The notes below the pieces were generated by a model that saw only the letters and a program-made list of their open reading frames with translations, did not search any database and was not told the origin of the DNA. Position numbers and translations under genes: made by a program. Positions 39,801 through 51,771 of a stretch of DNA of 64,000 nucleotides are shown here, one piece after another (positions within the stretch are counted from its first letter, which is position 1; every line of letters begins with the position of its first letter). Origin of the DNA: Stegostoma tigrinum (taxonomy: Eukaryota); contig NC_081393.1 in assembly GCF_030684315.1 (NCBI RefSeq), positions 682,001 to 746,000 on the forward strand, in the 5' to 3' direction.

Positions 39801-42800
39801 CTAGTGGTGTACCAGAAGGGTCGGTGTTGGGTCCACTGCTGTTTGTCATTTTTATAAATGACCTGGATGAGGGCGTAGAAGGATGGGTTAGTAAATTTGC
39901 AGATGACACTAAGGTCGGTGGAGTTGTGGATAGTGACGAAGGATGCTGTAGGTTGCAGAGAGACATAGATAAGCTGCAGAGCTGGGCTGAGAGGTGGCAA
40001 ATGGAGTTTAATGCGGACAAATGTGAGGTGATGCACTTTGGTAGGAGTAACCAGAAGGCAAAGTACTGGGCTAATGGTAAGATTCTTAGTAGTGTAGATG
40101 AGCAGAGAGATCTCGGTGTCAATGTACACAGATCCTTGAAAGTTGCCACCCAGGTTGACAGGGCTGTTAAGAAGGCATACAGTGTTTTAGCTTTTATGAA
40201 TAGAGGGGTCGAGTTCCGGAACCAAGAGGTTATGGTGAAGCTGTACAAAACTCTGGTGCGACCGCACTTGGAGCACTGTGTACAGTTCTGGTCAGCACAT
40301 TATAAGAAGGATGCGGAAGCTTTGGAAAGGGTGAAGAGGAGATTTACTAGGATGTTGCCTGGTATGGAGGGAAGGTCTTACGAGGAAAGGCTGAGGGACT
40401 TGAGGCTGTTTTCATTAGAGAGAAGAAAGTTGAGAGGTGACTGAATTGAAATATATAAAATAATCAGAGGGTTAGATAGGGTTGATAGGGAGAGCCTTTT
40501 TCCTAGGATGGTGACGGCGAGCACGAGGGGGCATAGCTTTAAATTGAGGGGTGAAAGATATAGGACAGATGTCAGAGGTAGTTTCTTTACTCAGAGAGTG
40601 GTGAGGGAATGGAACGCTTTGCCTGCAACGGTAGTAGATTCGCCAACTTTAGGTACATTTAAGTCGTCATTGGACAAGCATATGGACGTACATGGAATAG
40701 TGTAGGTTAGATGGGCTTGAGATCGGTATGACAGGTCGGCATAGCATCGAGGGCCGAAGGGCCTGTACTGTGCTGTAATGTTCTATGTTCATGGTGAAGG
40801 GACAGTAATACAGGTTGTTTGTCCAGTGCTGGGATCCGTGTTGGGTGACATTATCACAGACAGGCCAACAGGAAAGTGTTGAAACAAAACCCAATTCCAG
40901 CAGCACTGCAGGAGAGGGACCAGCATGGGGAACTGCTCATGCTCCAGGTTGTCAAAACAATAGATGTGCAGCCACCCAGCATGAGTCAGCATCCAAACTG
41001 GCTCACAGCCAGTGTCCCACAGAAAAATCAGACAACTGACAAGACACCAAGAAGTGTGAAGCAGTGGCAATGTAGAGACAGCACTGAAGGGAAGCACAGG
41101 CAATGTTTTGTTTTGACCTCAGTTCAATTTTACATCATCTCTTCACTCCCATCGCTAGCGAAACAAGGTGTGGAAATAAAGAGCCAAACTGAGCAGCTGG
41201 AGTAAGGACAAAGTGACAATTGTTTAGATTGGGTGGAACTCAGAAACTATTCCAACATCTTACAGCAAGAGAGCTCAGTTTCCACATTTCAACAGAGGAT
41301 GAAACAAGATTGCTATCACAAAGGGTGCTCGACTGGTCCAGGCGGGGACATGGGGGGCAAGAGTGCACAGCGAGAGCAAGGAGGGGACGAGTGAGTGCGG
41401 GCAAGCACGTGAGTGAGATCAAAATATAACGTGAAGGCAGAGACAGACAAAGTGGTGGAGGGACAGCTGAAAGAGAGAGGAAGTGACATACACGAAGGCA
41501 GACAGACAGGAAGACAGAACGAGAGAGAGAGAGAGAAAGGAAGAGAAAACAAGAGAGTAAAAGAAAGAGAGGAGGGGAAAGAGAAGGTGGGGGGATGGGG
41601 GAAAGAAGGGATGGAAGGGAATGGGTGAAAAATGCTATCAAAAATGTCAATGGTGTCGAGGGTTCTGATGGACTCTGGTTCTGAGCTTGTCATCTCTAGG
41701 TCTTGAGTTTAACCATATCCCAGTGCACGAGCAAATGAAAATGTCGTGGTTCTGAACCAATGAAACTGCTGTTAAAACCCAGCGGGTGATCGTACCTCCA
41801 AATGCTGTGAACATGTGACTGCAATCCCCGTACAGTCCCAGGCCACTGGCTCCTGATGCCTTCAGGGCCAGTACAGGGAGCAGGTTAATGAATGCAGCTC
41901 TGCTCGTTACACCCACTTTCTGGGAATGAATTAAAGATAAACAATGACAGCTGATGTGGCTTCAGAGAGGGCTCAGCTGCAACCACTAGTGGGGCAACAT
42001 GTGGTCCAGTCCTTTCACACTGCATATTACAGCACGGCGTCCAGCTCAAAAAAAATTCCTGACTGAAGAACTCTTGGTTAAATCTCTCCTCATTCTTGTT
42101 AATGCCCCGACTCCAACAACATATAAAGTAATCAGAGGGTTAGATAGGGTGGTTAGGGAGAGCCTTTTTCCTAGGATGGTGACGGCGAGCACTAGGGGGC
42201 ATAGCTTTAAATTGAGGCGTGAAAGATATAGGACAGATGTCAGAGGTGGTGTCTTTACTCAGAGAGTAGTAAGGGAATGGAACGCTTTGCCTGCAACGGT
42301 AATAGATTTGCCAACTTTAAGTACACTTAAGTCATCATTGGATAAGCATGTGGACGTACATGGAATAATGTAGGTTAGATGGGCCTGAGATCGGTATGAC
42401 AGGTCGGCACAACAGAGGGCCGAAGGGCCTGTACTGTAATGTTCTATATTCTATAAATGTCCCCAGGCCTACATACAGCTGTGGAATCACTCAGTTCCAG
42501 CTCCATTTGAGGGAATCCATCTGAAGCCCTCATGTATCTGCTGCCTTTGATAGGTCATCACTTCCCAGATTAGGTCTAGCCAGTGTCTGTCCCAACCTCC
42601 TTCTGCACGCAGCAAATGTCCTACTTTTGTATTAAAAGCCAAAAGAACTGTGGATGCTGTAAATCAGGAACAAAAACAAAGTTGCTGGCAAACCCTCTGA
42701 GGAAGTGTCACTGGACTCGAAACGTTAACTCTGTTTTCTTCTCCGCAGATGCTGCCAGACCCGCTGAGCTTTTCCAGCAACTTTGTTTTTGTTCCTACTT

Positions 42801-44840
42801 TTGCATTATCTGCCCAGAGAAGGAAGGCTGACAATCTCACATTAAGCACTGACACTGAAATACTGCTATCCAATCAATCTATAACCTCAGTCTTACTGCA
42901 CCATAAACATCAATATGACCTTCCTACTCCTCCTCCGAGTAATGCCATCACCACCCTCTCTTGGGATCACAGGGACACTGAAAACCTACTTATACGTTCC
43001 ACTGGGATAACAAGGTGTAGAGCTGGATGAAAACAGCATGCTAAGCAGCATCAGAGGAGCAGGAAAGGCGACATTTCAGGCCTAGGTCCTTCTTCAGAAG
43101 AATCAGCTTTCCTGCTCATCAGAGTGCTGTATGAACCAACAAATCCATTCACATCCCCAAGGGAAGCAAAGCTTCCATATCCTTGACCCCTCTGCATCCT
43201 GTGGTTAAATTTTAACTGTGCTCTGAATGAGCTTTAGGAAGGATGCTTCATGGGGAGTGTAGAAGGAGCTTTATTCCTGCACTGTCCCTGTCCTGGGTGA
43301 GTTTGGTTTAATTTAATTTTCAGTCAGGGCAGGACCAGGCATCACCAGGCCTGGGTTGGGAACGGGCGGTGGTGAGATGGTGGTGTGGGGGGGGGGGTTC
43401 AGTTTCGACAAAGTTCCCACCACTTTTCCTTGTTTGCAGCCTCGGAGGAGGGAAAAGGTTGTGGAACGGACTGGCTAACAGGCTAATCACTTTGCCTACT
43501 AATCCAGTGACAGGGGAAAAATCCAGAGCATGACATTTAATGTCCAGCTGATTTGGAAGTTACAGAGAATGTGTGCAAACAGGAATGAGAAAGGAGACAG
43601 AATACATCGAGTAAACCCCAGCAAAATGCTCATTAGCAAGAAGCACCTCACCATCACAAGCTCCAGCTCAACATTCAATGCCAGCACATTGGAAAAAAAA
43701 AGCCAGCTTTAAATTTGAGAGGTGGATATCACTGCCTGGGCCCAGCATTTATTACTTGTCCCTAGTTGCCCCCTTGAGAAGGTGGGGGTGGGCTGCCTTC
43801 TTGAATCTCTGCAGTCCATGGGCTGGAAGTTGACCCACATTGCCCTTAGGGAGGGAATTCCAGGATCTTAACTAAACAACAGTGAAGGAATGTTGATATA
43901 TTTCCAAGTCAAGACAGGAGTGGCTTGAAGGGAAACTTGCTGTGGAGTTCCCATGTAACTGCTGTCATTGTCCTTTTAGATCAAAGTGGTTGAGAGTTTG
44001 GAAGGTGCTATCTAAGGATTTTGTGAATTCCTGCAGTGAATCTTGTAAATGGTACACACTGCTGCTACTGAGCATCAGTGGGTGGAGGCAGTGGGATGTT
44101 TGTGCATGTGGTGCCAATCGAGCAGGGGCCACTTTGTCCTGCATGCTGTCAAGTTTCTTGAGTGTTGTTGGGGCTGCCCCCATCCAGGGCAAGTGGGGAG
44201 TATTCCATCACACGCCTGACTTGAAGGTGGTGGACAGGCTTCTGGGAGTCAGGAGGTGAGTTACTTGCTAAAGAATTCCTACCTCTTGAAGGCAGGTGAG
44301 AGAGATGGAGTTTGTCGTTAAGGGTAGGGATGTGGGGGAGGGAAGCAGAGACCATGGGTAAGGGGAAGTGAATGTGTGCGTGTGTGGTGAGGGAGAAGGG
44401 GTGCCTACAGAGCGAATTGGGAGGGGGGGGGGTACGTGTTTGGAAACTGAAGGGCTGGAAAGTTGTGTGTGTGAGCTCCCACAGAAAAGTACCGCAGACG
44501 TTGCTTTGCTCGTCAGCTCCTGGCTCAGAGAAGGTGGCTGAGAGGAAGCGTTAACCTTTCCCAGTCCAAACAGTTCCCAATCCCACTCGTACAGCTCTTT
44601 TTTTTTCCCTCAGGAAGATTCCTGCTTTCAGCGCTGGGCCACACGAAGCACGGGCGGAGCTAGGCGCTACGCAGAGGCAGCAAATGTGACTCCCTGCCGG
44701 ATTCGCGCTGTAGCTGACGTTCTAGCAGAGCCGGCCCAGGCACTCACCTTAGAGACAGCGATGGTTTTGTGAAAGTCTCTGCCGCCGGTAATGCGGAATC
44801 CCCAGGGTCCGGGACCACACAGTTTCACCGTCCGAGACAT
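30661..44840 (-). CDS. PDLIM2: PDZ and LIM domain protein 2, complete, 9 coding exons, 1104 nt / 367 aa
   Basis: Exons 44840-44748, 38029-37878, 35989-35920, 34615-34464, 33817-33751, 33388-33231, 31628-31483, 31270-31174 and 30829-30661 all splice in phase. PDZ (GPGPWGFRITGGRDFH), central DSEVYKMIQENR..PRQS motif, C-terminal LIM (CEKC...CTDCGLNLSMRGHFW...YCEKH). Confidence 0.95.
31174..31270 (-). CDS. PDLIM2: PDLIM2 coding exon 8 (LIM start)
   Basis: GAAVQFPGRFSPLAPDTPVPKYRMCEKCGSNI|gtgagt. Confidence 0.92.
31483..31628 (-). CDS. PDLIM2: PDLIM2 coding exon 7
   Basis: VLDRRSSNRIDKDSEVYKMIQENRAAKEPPRQSNRFRQLQEALDADQD|gtgagg. Confidence 0.93.
32245..32875 (+). mobile_element. Old CR1 3' fragment interrupted by a Penelope-derived piece (about 32486-32584)
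   Basis: LETVQKQFTRMAPGM motif and CR1 tail; internal gaactgctgatgctggagtctgagataac segment. Confidence 0.7.
33231..33388 (-). CDS. PDLIM2: PDLIM2 coding exon 6
   Basis: gtttcag|GFQAGIRGHRSLSP...STALSK|gtatgt; phase 0 to 2. Confidence 0.75.
33751..33817 (-). CDS. PDLIM2: PDLIM2 coding exon 5
   Basis: gttccag|RSMSSVWSSEEKEAAFRGNTVPK|gtgggt; phase 2 to 0. Confidence 0.7.
34464..34615 (-). CDS. PDLIM2: PDLIM2 coding exon 4
   Basis: ttccaag|TVLQPFRDENK...SPNTNR|gtgagt; phase-compatible, Ser/Pro-rich. Confidence 0.8.
35335..35755 (+). mobile_element. CR1 LINE 3' fragment
   Basis: FTQRVVCVWNELPEEVVE...FKRHLD. Confidence 0.85.
35920..35989 (-). CDS. PDLIM2: PDLIM2 coding exon 3
   Basis: RPEAGSPGLSDGSPTDTFLAQRFQ|gtgaga; resembles human ...LATRFQ. 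Confidence 0.88.
36766..37250 (-). mobile_element. CR1 LINE internal fragment
   Basis: [19 protein letters not shown]; same subfamily as 60197. Confidence 0.9.
37878..38029 (-). CDS. PDLIM2: PDLIM2 coding exon 2 (PDZ)
   Basis: ctcacag|VTSGSKADLVDLRLGDQITSINGAETCDMLNMEAQNRIRMCEGDLILNVE|gtgtgt. Confidence 0.93.
38728..40790 (+). mobile_element. CR1-clade LINE, 5'-truncated, RT region disrupted
   Basis: PDDWRIANVVPLFKKG, DVVYMDFCKVFDKVPH, GVPEGSVLGPLLF, KFADDTK; frameshift and stop codons; short-repeat tail. Confidence 0.95.
42118..42453 (+). mobile_element. CR1 LINE 3' fragment (same subfamily as 38728)
   Basis: Near-identical to 40450-40790. Confidence 0.9.
42634..42796. mobile_element. Penelope-derived fold-back element
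   Basis: aggaacaaaaacaaagttgctgg inverted at 42774-42796; CTGAGGA...GACTCGAAACGTT at 42697-42726. Confidence 0.7.
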
Positions 44841-45010
44841 CTCGCTGCGCAGCTCGACACCATCAGCCCGGGCGCCCGCCCCTTAAACCTCGGGCTCCAC
44901 CCTTCCCTCTCTCTCTCTCTCTCCTGCTGCTCACCTTCATTAGAAATCCGGCTCCTCCCAAATCTGCTGGCTGTGCTCCCAGCCCAGGTTCAGTGCACGC
45001 AGAACCTACC
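44630..45010 (-). promoter_or_regulatory. CpG-rich PDLIM2 5' region
   Basis: Local CpG enrichment and a GC box (ggggcgggcg) just upstream of the ATG. Confidence 0.55.
44748..44840 (-). CDS. PDLIM2: PDLIM2 coding exon 1
   Basis: MSRTVKLCGPGPWGFRITGGRDFHKTIAVSK|gtgagt. Confidence 0.95.
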
Positions 45011-48000
45011 GGCCCTGCCAGGCACAGGCAACGGGGACTGTTGCAACTCAACTGTGCTGCCGTACACAGTCAAATAGCCCTCCACTGAAGGAAAGTTGAG
45101 AGGGAAGCAAGTGAATGTAAAGCAACCACTGGGCTTGTTCCTGAACCAAAGCCCTGGGCTACAGGGTGTCTGTTGTTGGTGGTACACGTTCACAAAACCC
45201 AAAATGTTGCTTCATCATAAATTACCTAAAAACCAGAAGCCAATTCCTCGGTTCCTATTCGACAATTCTTAAATGTTCACTCTGGTGATGAAATCTCTCC
45301 CCCTCCCCGTCTCTGTTATCAGCTCAATTCAGACAGCCCTCTCCCCCTCACTCACTAATGGAGCCATTCAGGCCATCGAAGATGGATTTCCTTCAGCCTG
45401 CTCAAAGCCTCTCCACCAGCCTCTGAGTGTTTAGTATTTGGGGAGAGGTTTTGTTCATTTCTCATTGTGGATGGCAGCAACTTGAAAAAGCAGGAGTGCT
45501 GAGGGGCAGAATCAGCCCAATGCAAGTTGTGAGTAGCTCCCAGTGCGCAGGGATCTTCGAAACGCCGAGCAGACTCACAGCTCAGTCAGGAAGGTTGTAA
45601 AATTGAATTCCACAGCCCTCCTGCTCAATCACAGATTGCTTCCTGATAACATTACTGTAAAAGCCAAGTGGTTTCCATTGGACCCCCTGCTCCGGTGTCA
45701 CAGCGCACCCAACCCCTTCCTGATGCCCTCGGGCAATTAGGGAGGGGCAATGAATGTGGCTTGGCCAGTTCCACGCACACATTCCAGGAGCCAATTAAAA
45801 ATAAACTTTGGGGGAATCATACATGTCAGAGCTGAAAACATACAGTGCTGTCAACAGGTCAAGCTTTATCCACGGAGAGACAGAAACCAAGTAAACATTT
45901 TTGGCAGTGGACATGTCCTCAGAACTAGGAAGCACAAGAGGGAGCCGGTCTGTGACAAGATGTGAGGCAGAGAAGATGAAATTCTAAAGAGGACGATGAT
46001 GTGGGCCGTGATGGCAATGGGGCAGTGTAAGAAACAAGTGGAGTTTCGAGGTGGGGGCTAAATACAAACAGCAGAATTGGACATACCAGAAGTTGCTCCA
46101 TGAAAAAGCTAATGGGGCCGGCCTTTAGTGGCTGAGAAGAGTCCTGCATGTCTCTTCAGAATTGGAGGTAGAGGAGTGAAGGAATGGAAGGGAGGAATCA
46201 TAAATGGACCCTCTGAAGGTGAAGGCAGTGTAGACATTGAGACAAAGTTGATGGGATGCAATGGTTTAGTGATGCTGGTGGTCACTGACGTCCCTGTCAG
46301 GAGTCATACAGCGATAGTAGGAACTGCAGTTGCTGGAGAATCTGAGACAACAAGGTGTAGATCTGGATGAACACAGCAGGCCAAGCAGCATCAGAGGAGC
46401 AGGGCCGAGACCCTACCGTCTAACAGCTTTAATTGAAATCACAAGCTTTTGGAGCACTGCTTCTCCATCAGGCGAAGTACTGATGTACCTGGAAAGAGCT
46501 GAGGGTCAAGCTCAGGGAGGAGTTCAGGAGGACTGAGAATGTCTCACCGTCTCCACCAGAGTTAGCTCCTTGTATCTCCCCCTCTGTCACATTGCTTACC
46601 ATGGTCTTTCAGCTCCCCCAGTTTCTGCTGAATCCCGTATTCTACATTTTCACTCAAACCATTTCGATGCCAGGCCCCTCACATGCTGTCCTCTCTGTCA
46701 CCTTGACTTATTGTGAACTCTGTTCTGTGTCTTAATTCACAGCAAATCACCTTTCCTGATCACCCTGTGAGTTCACTGACCTATACCGATTACAACACCT
46801 TGATTTTTAAAATAGTCATCATACTTTTCAAATTCTTTCTTGGCCTCTCCCCTCCCTGCCTCTGTATCTGATACCAGACCTGCAACCCTCAGAGATTTTG
46901 ACTCTCTTCCAGTTCTGGCCTGATGAACATTCCTGATTGTGAAGTACTACACCAGACTCAATTGAATGGTTCAAAATCAAGATGTGTGAGCAGAACGGAC
47001 ATGGACAAGCTGTCTCCATTGCGGGAAGATCAAGAGACAGACGACACAGATTCAGTGTATACATCAAAAGGAGCAACGGTGGAGTGAGGAGCACTATTTC
47101 ATGCAACCAGTGGTGCTATCCAAATGCAAGTTTGCTGCACCTTCTGATGGTTGTTTGTCAGTCCCGCTGCCATGTTCAGTCAGAGAAGCAGAAAGCTAGA
47201 AGCAGGGCAGAGGAAATGGAGAAATTTACAAATTGAAGAGGAAGGAAACTCTGTGCTGTGTGTTCAGAAGAGGCTGAGAGTCTTGGTGACGATCACCACA
47301 ATTCTGTCACTGCAGTTTGACCACATCCTCTCGGAATAGAATCAGTTTCTCCTTCACTGGTGATCTGGATTGGGGCATGAGTCTCTCCCAGATGCTGTAT
47401 TTTTCACACATATTGACTGGAGATGGGGTAGAAATAGGGATCACTCCCCTTATTCAAGATAATTGTTGCAGGGCTGGAATAGTGCAAGGGGGTTCCTCCC
47501 CACCTCACTATTTATTTCTGGCATGACACGGATTTATTGCCCAATGCTAGATGTCCCACAGAAGTGATGGTGTTGGAGAGGTGCCTTTTTGAACCGCACA
47601 GAGTGGGTTTGATACAACTGATAGTCCACCAAAGAGTCAGTGAAAAATCAGTGTCATCGAGTTGCATTTTATGCTGGGAGGGCAGCTTTCCTTCCTCAAC
47701 AATATCATTGAGCCAATCTGATTTTGACACCGTCCTACAAGATAATTCTCAAAGGATTGTCGTAGGATTTGAATTCCTACAAGACTGAGAGAAATCATCA
47801 ACCTGACTGCACCTCCACACCTTGCCCAATCCCTTCAACCCCTTTTATACCCAAAAGTCTAACAATCGGAGCCTTGAATATAATCAACAACTGATCACCT
47901 GTAGCTGGCCAAGTTTGAGAATTCCAAAGATTTGCCACTTTGAGGGGTTTTTTTTAATGACAGTCGGGAAATGGCCAGGAAACATTTTTGTTCCAGCATC

Positions 48001-51000
48001 TATCCTGACAAGCCCCTGAGAATTTTCTGTTGCGGAGATCCCTCCTATTTTTCTAGCCTCCAGGGAGTACTGGCCTTATGTACTCAATCTCTTTGAAAAG
48101 ACAACCTGTCAGCCAAGGCAGCAGCAAAGCGAACCTTTTCTGTACTGCCTCTCGGGCAAGTGTGACCTTCCTTAGGCAAATAAGGCATGGAGTCAGATCT
48201 CTGTCTTCCTATATTCTAATGTTCTTGTTTTAAAAAAACAAACATACCCTTTGCCTCTCTAACTGCCTGCTGTACATACAATTACATGAGTCTGGAGAAG
48301 AGTCAAATGTGCTCCACTGATGCTGCAAGACCTGCTGTGTTTTATTCCCCAGCATTTTGTTTTACAACACTACGACCAGCTACAAAGAAACCCAGGTCTG
48401 TCTGAAAGTAAACATTTCCTACTGTCTCCATAGTCTAGGAATTCCCAGAGTGCAAACTTCACTGTGCACCCTCCCACAGACCCAACTGTCACCTTCTGCA
48501 GCTTATCTGGGAGCTCTTCTCAAACAGGTTGTCTTGGCAAAGGAACACACCATGATGCTGAGGATGAATCCTGAGAGTGACTGTCTTTGTCTTTTATTAA
48601 AAGGAAAATATTTGTAGGGCACCCTTCCCAAACTGCTAAACAGGCAATGCAATTCCATTGTCATGGGAAACTGTTAAATAATGTTGATTGAAGGCCAGAT
48701 ACACAGATCACACAGGAGAATGGCCCTCCTCTGTTTCCATTTGTGAGCCTGGGATATTTTAGATTTACTCAAGAGCTGGTGCAGACAGGTTTAAGTGTTC
48801 AACAGCACCTCTGACAGTGCAGCACACCCTCAAGATTGTCAGCCATTCTTTTCTGTTCAAAATTCTCCATTTTCTACGATCATTTGATGGAGAGGTTAGA
48901 GTGCAAGCTCAGAGGTCATGGAGTGAACATACCCAGGCAGGGGTAATTACAGTGTTCAGGTCGACTCCCTCCATCAGACTGTGGAGAACACCTCAGGGTC
49001 ACAGAGTCGGATACAGGACAATGACCCCATGAGCCACACACACACACAAACGCAGACAGTCAAGAGTAACTCACCAATCCTGTCAGTTCTTACAGCCTGA
49101 GATCCTACAGGGGATCCAGCACAGAGACTTCTAACCCAATCCTCTACCTGTTCCACGGTCTTCTCTGCATTATGGCAGCAGACACACTTTGGGATTATTC
49201 TTGCCTCTCTCTCCCTCTCTCCCTGTTCAAGTCAGAGGTATTGAGTTAAAACTATAAGCGAAAGTCAACATCAGTGAAAAGGTACAATTCTAAAGGGGGT
49301 GCAGGAACAAGAGAAATTTGGGCCTACCTGTGTACAAATCTTTGAAGCTGACAACAAATCGAAGTGGCTGTTAACCAAAGCAAGGAAGCTGTCTGTCACT
49401 GGTTAGGTTTCCCTGGTGTATTGTATTGAATTCTGGGCACCACATTTGAGGTGGGAATATCAAGACTGTGGAGAAGTTGTGAGGAGACTGACTTCTGCTA
49501 CTTGGACAAGCTGACACCGTTCTTCATCCGGCACAGAAGCTGAGAGGAGATCGAATGTTTGGTGTAAGGTAATTTGGAAGAAACAGTTAGTTGTGGCTGA
49601 AGTGAAAACAAAAAATGCTGGAAATCATAGCAGGTCAAGCAGCGTCCATGGAGAGACAGCAAGCTAACATCTCGAGTCTAGATGACTCTTCATCAGAGCT
49701 GACAGGAGTTTTATTTTTGACCAGAAATGGAGGGGAGATGGGAAGAATATATTTTTAAAAATGCAGTGAGTCCATAGAATCAGAGTCCTACAGCACGGAA
49801 ACAGAACCTTTGGCCCAAACTGGTCCGTGCTGATCAAAATAGTTTTTTTTTGCTACACACTACTTGAAAAGGTAGTGGAAACAGGTTCAACAGTTGGTTT
49901 AAATGTTGGGATGGTGCTAATGGCCTGGACCAATAATTTCCGAGGACAATGTTAATGTTAACATTGTGGGACACAGGTTCAAATGGCAGCACTACAGAGA
50001 TTAGTAAATCAGGGATTGAAAACTTAAACATCCTCCTCCCTCAGGACAGTCTTTAAAGCAGCCCAATGTAAGCAAGCTCTCACTAGGTCCCCTGACCTCT
50101 CCTTCTATGACTCTGTTGGACTTTGATGGATCATATCATACTGGGAGGAATGTTGAGCTGGGTCACTCTGTGAAAAGGAGCTTTGGGAGGTAACTGCAAG
50201 TTTCTGCATGCTACATGCTGAGGTAGTGAGCCTGTATAGAATGGGAATTTCCATTAACTTACACCCGAAAGGAAAGACTTTCTGAATCTGGATATCTTTT
50301 GTTTTATTGGAAAGAATAGAAGGTTTATACAAATATATGATGGGTACAGAGCAACACAGATGAAAGACCAAGTTAAGCACATTCCTAGAATTATGAGGCT
50401 CTAGCAGTCAATTCTGCAAGTCAGCCACAGCACAAAACTCATGAACCAGCTCAGACACAGTCAGAGACAACTAAAAGCTCAGCAGCCAGACCCCTTCCAA
50501 AAACTACAGCCTGGAACGTTTCTCACACAGACAGCCAGCTGCTCCTATGGCCTGGGATCATCCTGTGCCAGTGTTCCAGCAGTGTCTGCTCAGCATCTTG
50601 CTGTTTGAATCTGCATGGTCACTCAATGGCTCCTCTACATCCCTATCAGCCTGACTGTGTCATCCCTTTCTAAAGAGCCCACAGCCTGGGCTGACCTCAG
50701 CTTCCCAAGTCTGGACTCACATAGTCTAGACTTCCACGGTCTGGGTCTTTCACGGCCTGGGGCTCTCTGTCTGGACTCAGCTAAGTTCGGCTCTGTGGCT
50801 GTTCAGAATGTCCTCCATCCAAAATGCAGCATGGTTTCTAACCTTTGCTGAAGGTCCAGGAGAACCTGATGGAGTTGACTGGATGTGTGCTGTACCAGAG
50901 TATTGACTCTGATTGGTAACGTCTCACTGCGTGAGGGGATCCCCATGTAACCATCCATTCCCATTATGGATGATCCCAGGGTGAGCAACAGAAGGGTGAT

Positions 51001-51223
51001 CCTGCACTCTGGACACTCTGCAGCACCCCGCTCGCAGCACAGTTACTCCAGTTGGAGAGGTGTAATTCTTTCTGAATCACTGCACCACTCCCCGACTCTC
51101 CACCCTGGTCCTGAGCCCCACTTCCAATTGGATCTGGGAGGTCCCATCCAGCTCCTTTAGATCTGGTTCCGGTTTAGGTCCACACAGTTGGACAACAGTT
51201 TCAAGTCTCAGGGGGATGATTAC

Positions 51224-51419
51224 NNNNNNNNNNNNNNNNNNNNNNNNNNNNNNNNNNNNNNNNNNNNNNNNNNNNNNNNNNNNNNNNNNNNNNNNNNNNN
51301 NNNNNNNNNNNNNNNNNNNNNNNNNNNNNNNNNNNNNNNNNNNNNNNNNNNNNNNNNNNNNNNNNNNNNNNNNNNNNNNNNNNNNNNNNNNNNNNNNNNN
51401 NNNNNNNNNNNNNNNNNNN
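51224..51419. other. Assembly gap (N run) just downstream of the SORBS3 stop codon
   Basis: Run of N. Confidence 1.
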
Positions 51420-51709
51420 GAGATGGTGAGAGAGGGAGAGAGACACAGACAGACAGAGAGAAAGGGAGGGAGAGACAGAGATACAGACAGAAAGAGAAAG
51501 AGACAGAGTGTTGGAGAGAGACACAGAAGGAGAGAGAGACAGACAGAGAAAGAGGAAGAGAGACAGAAAGCTAAAGGGAAAGAGACTGACAGAGGAAGTG
51601 ACACAGCAAGGAAAGACAGAGTGAGAGTGAAGGAAAGACAAAGAGGCAGAGAGAGAGTGTATTCAGGCCTGGATGACTGTCATGAAGATTCTGTTGTTGG
51701 TAAGGAAGA

Positions 51710-51771
51710 TTATGCTGGTCGCACATAGTTCCCAGGGAATGTTCCGAAGTGGTTGGTCCGACGAGATGTAC
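51710..51771 (-). CDS. SORBS3: SORBS3 last coding exon
   Basis: cttgcag|[20 protein letters not shown]. Confidence 0.95.

Noticed and set aside
39590-40444. Functional reverse transcriptase genes (also 54507-55475)
   Set aside because: 5'-truncated CR1 copies with stops and frameshifts.
51077-51728. ORFs spanning the N run
   Set aside because: Artefacts of the gap and the GA-rich low-complexity sequence.
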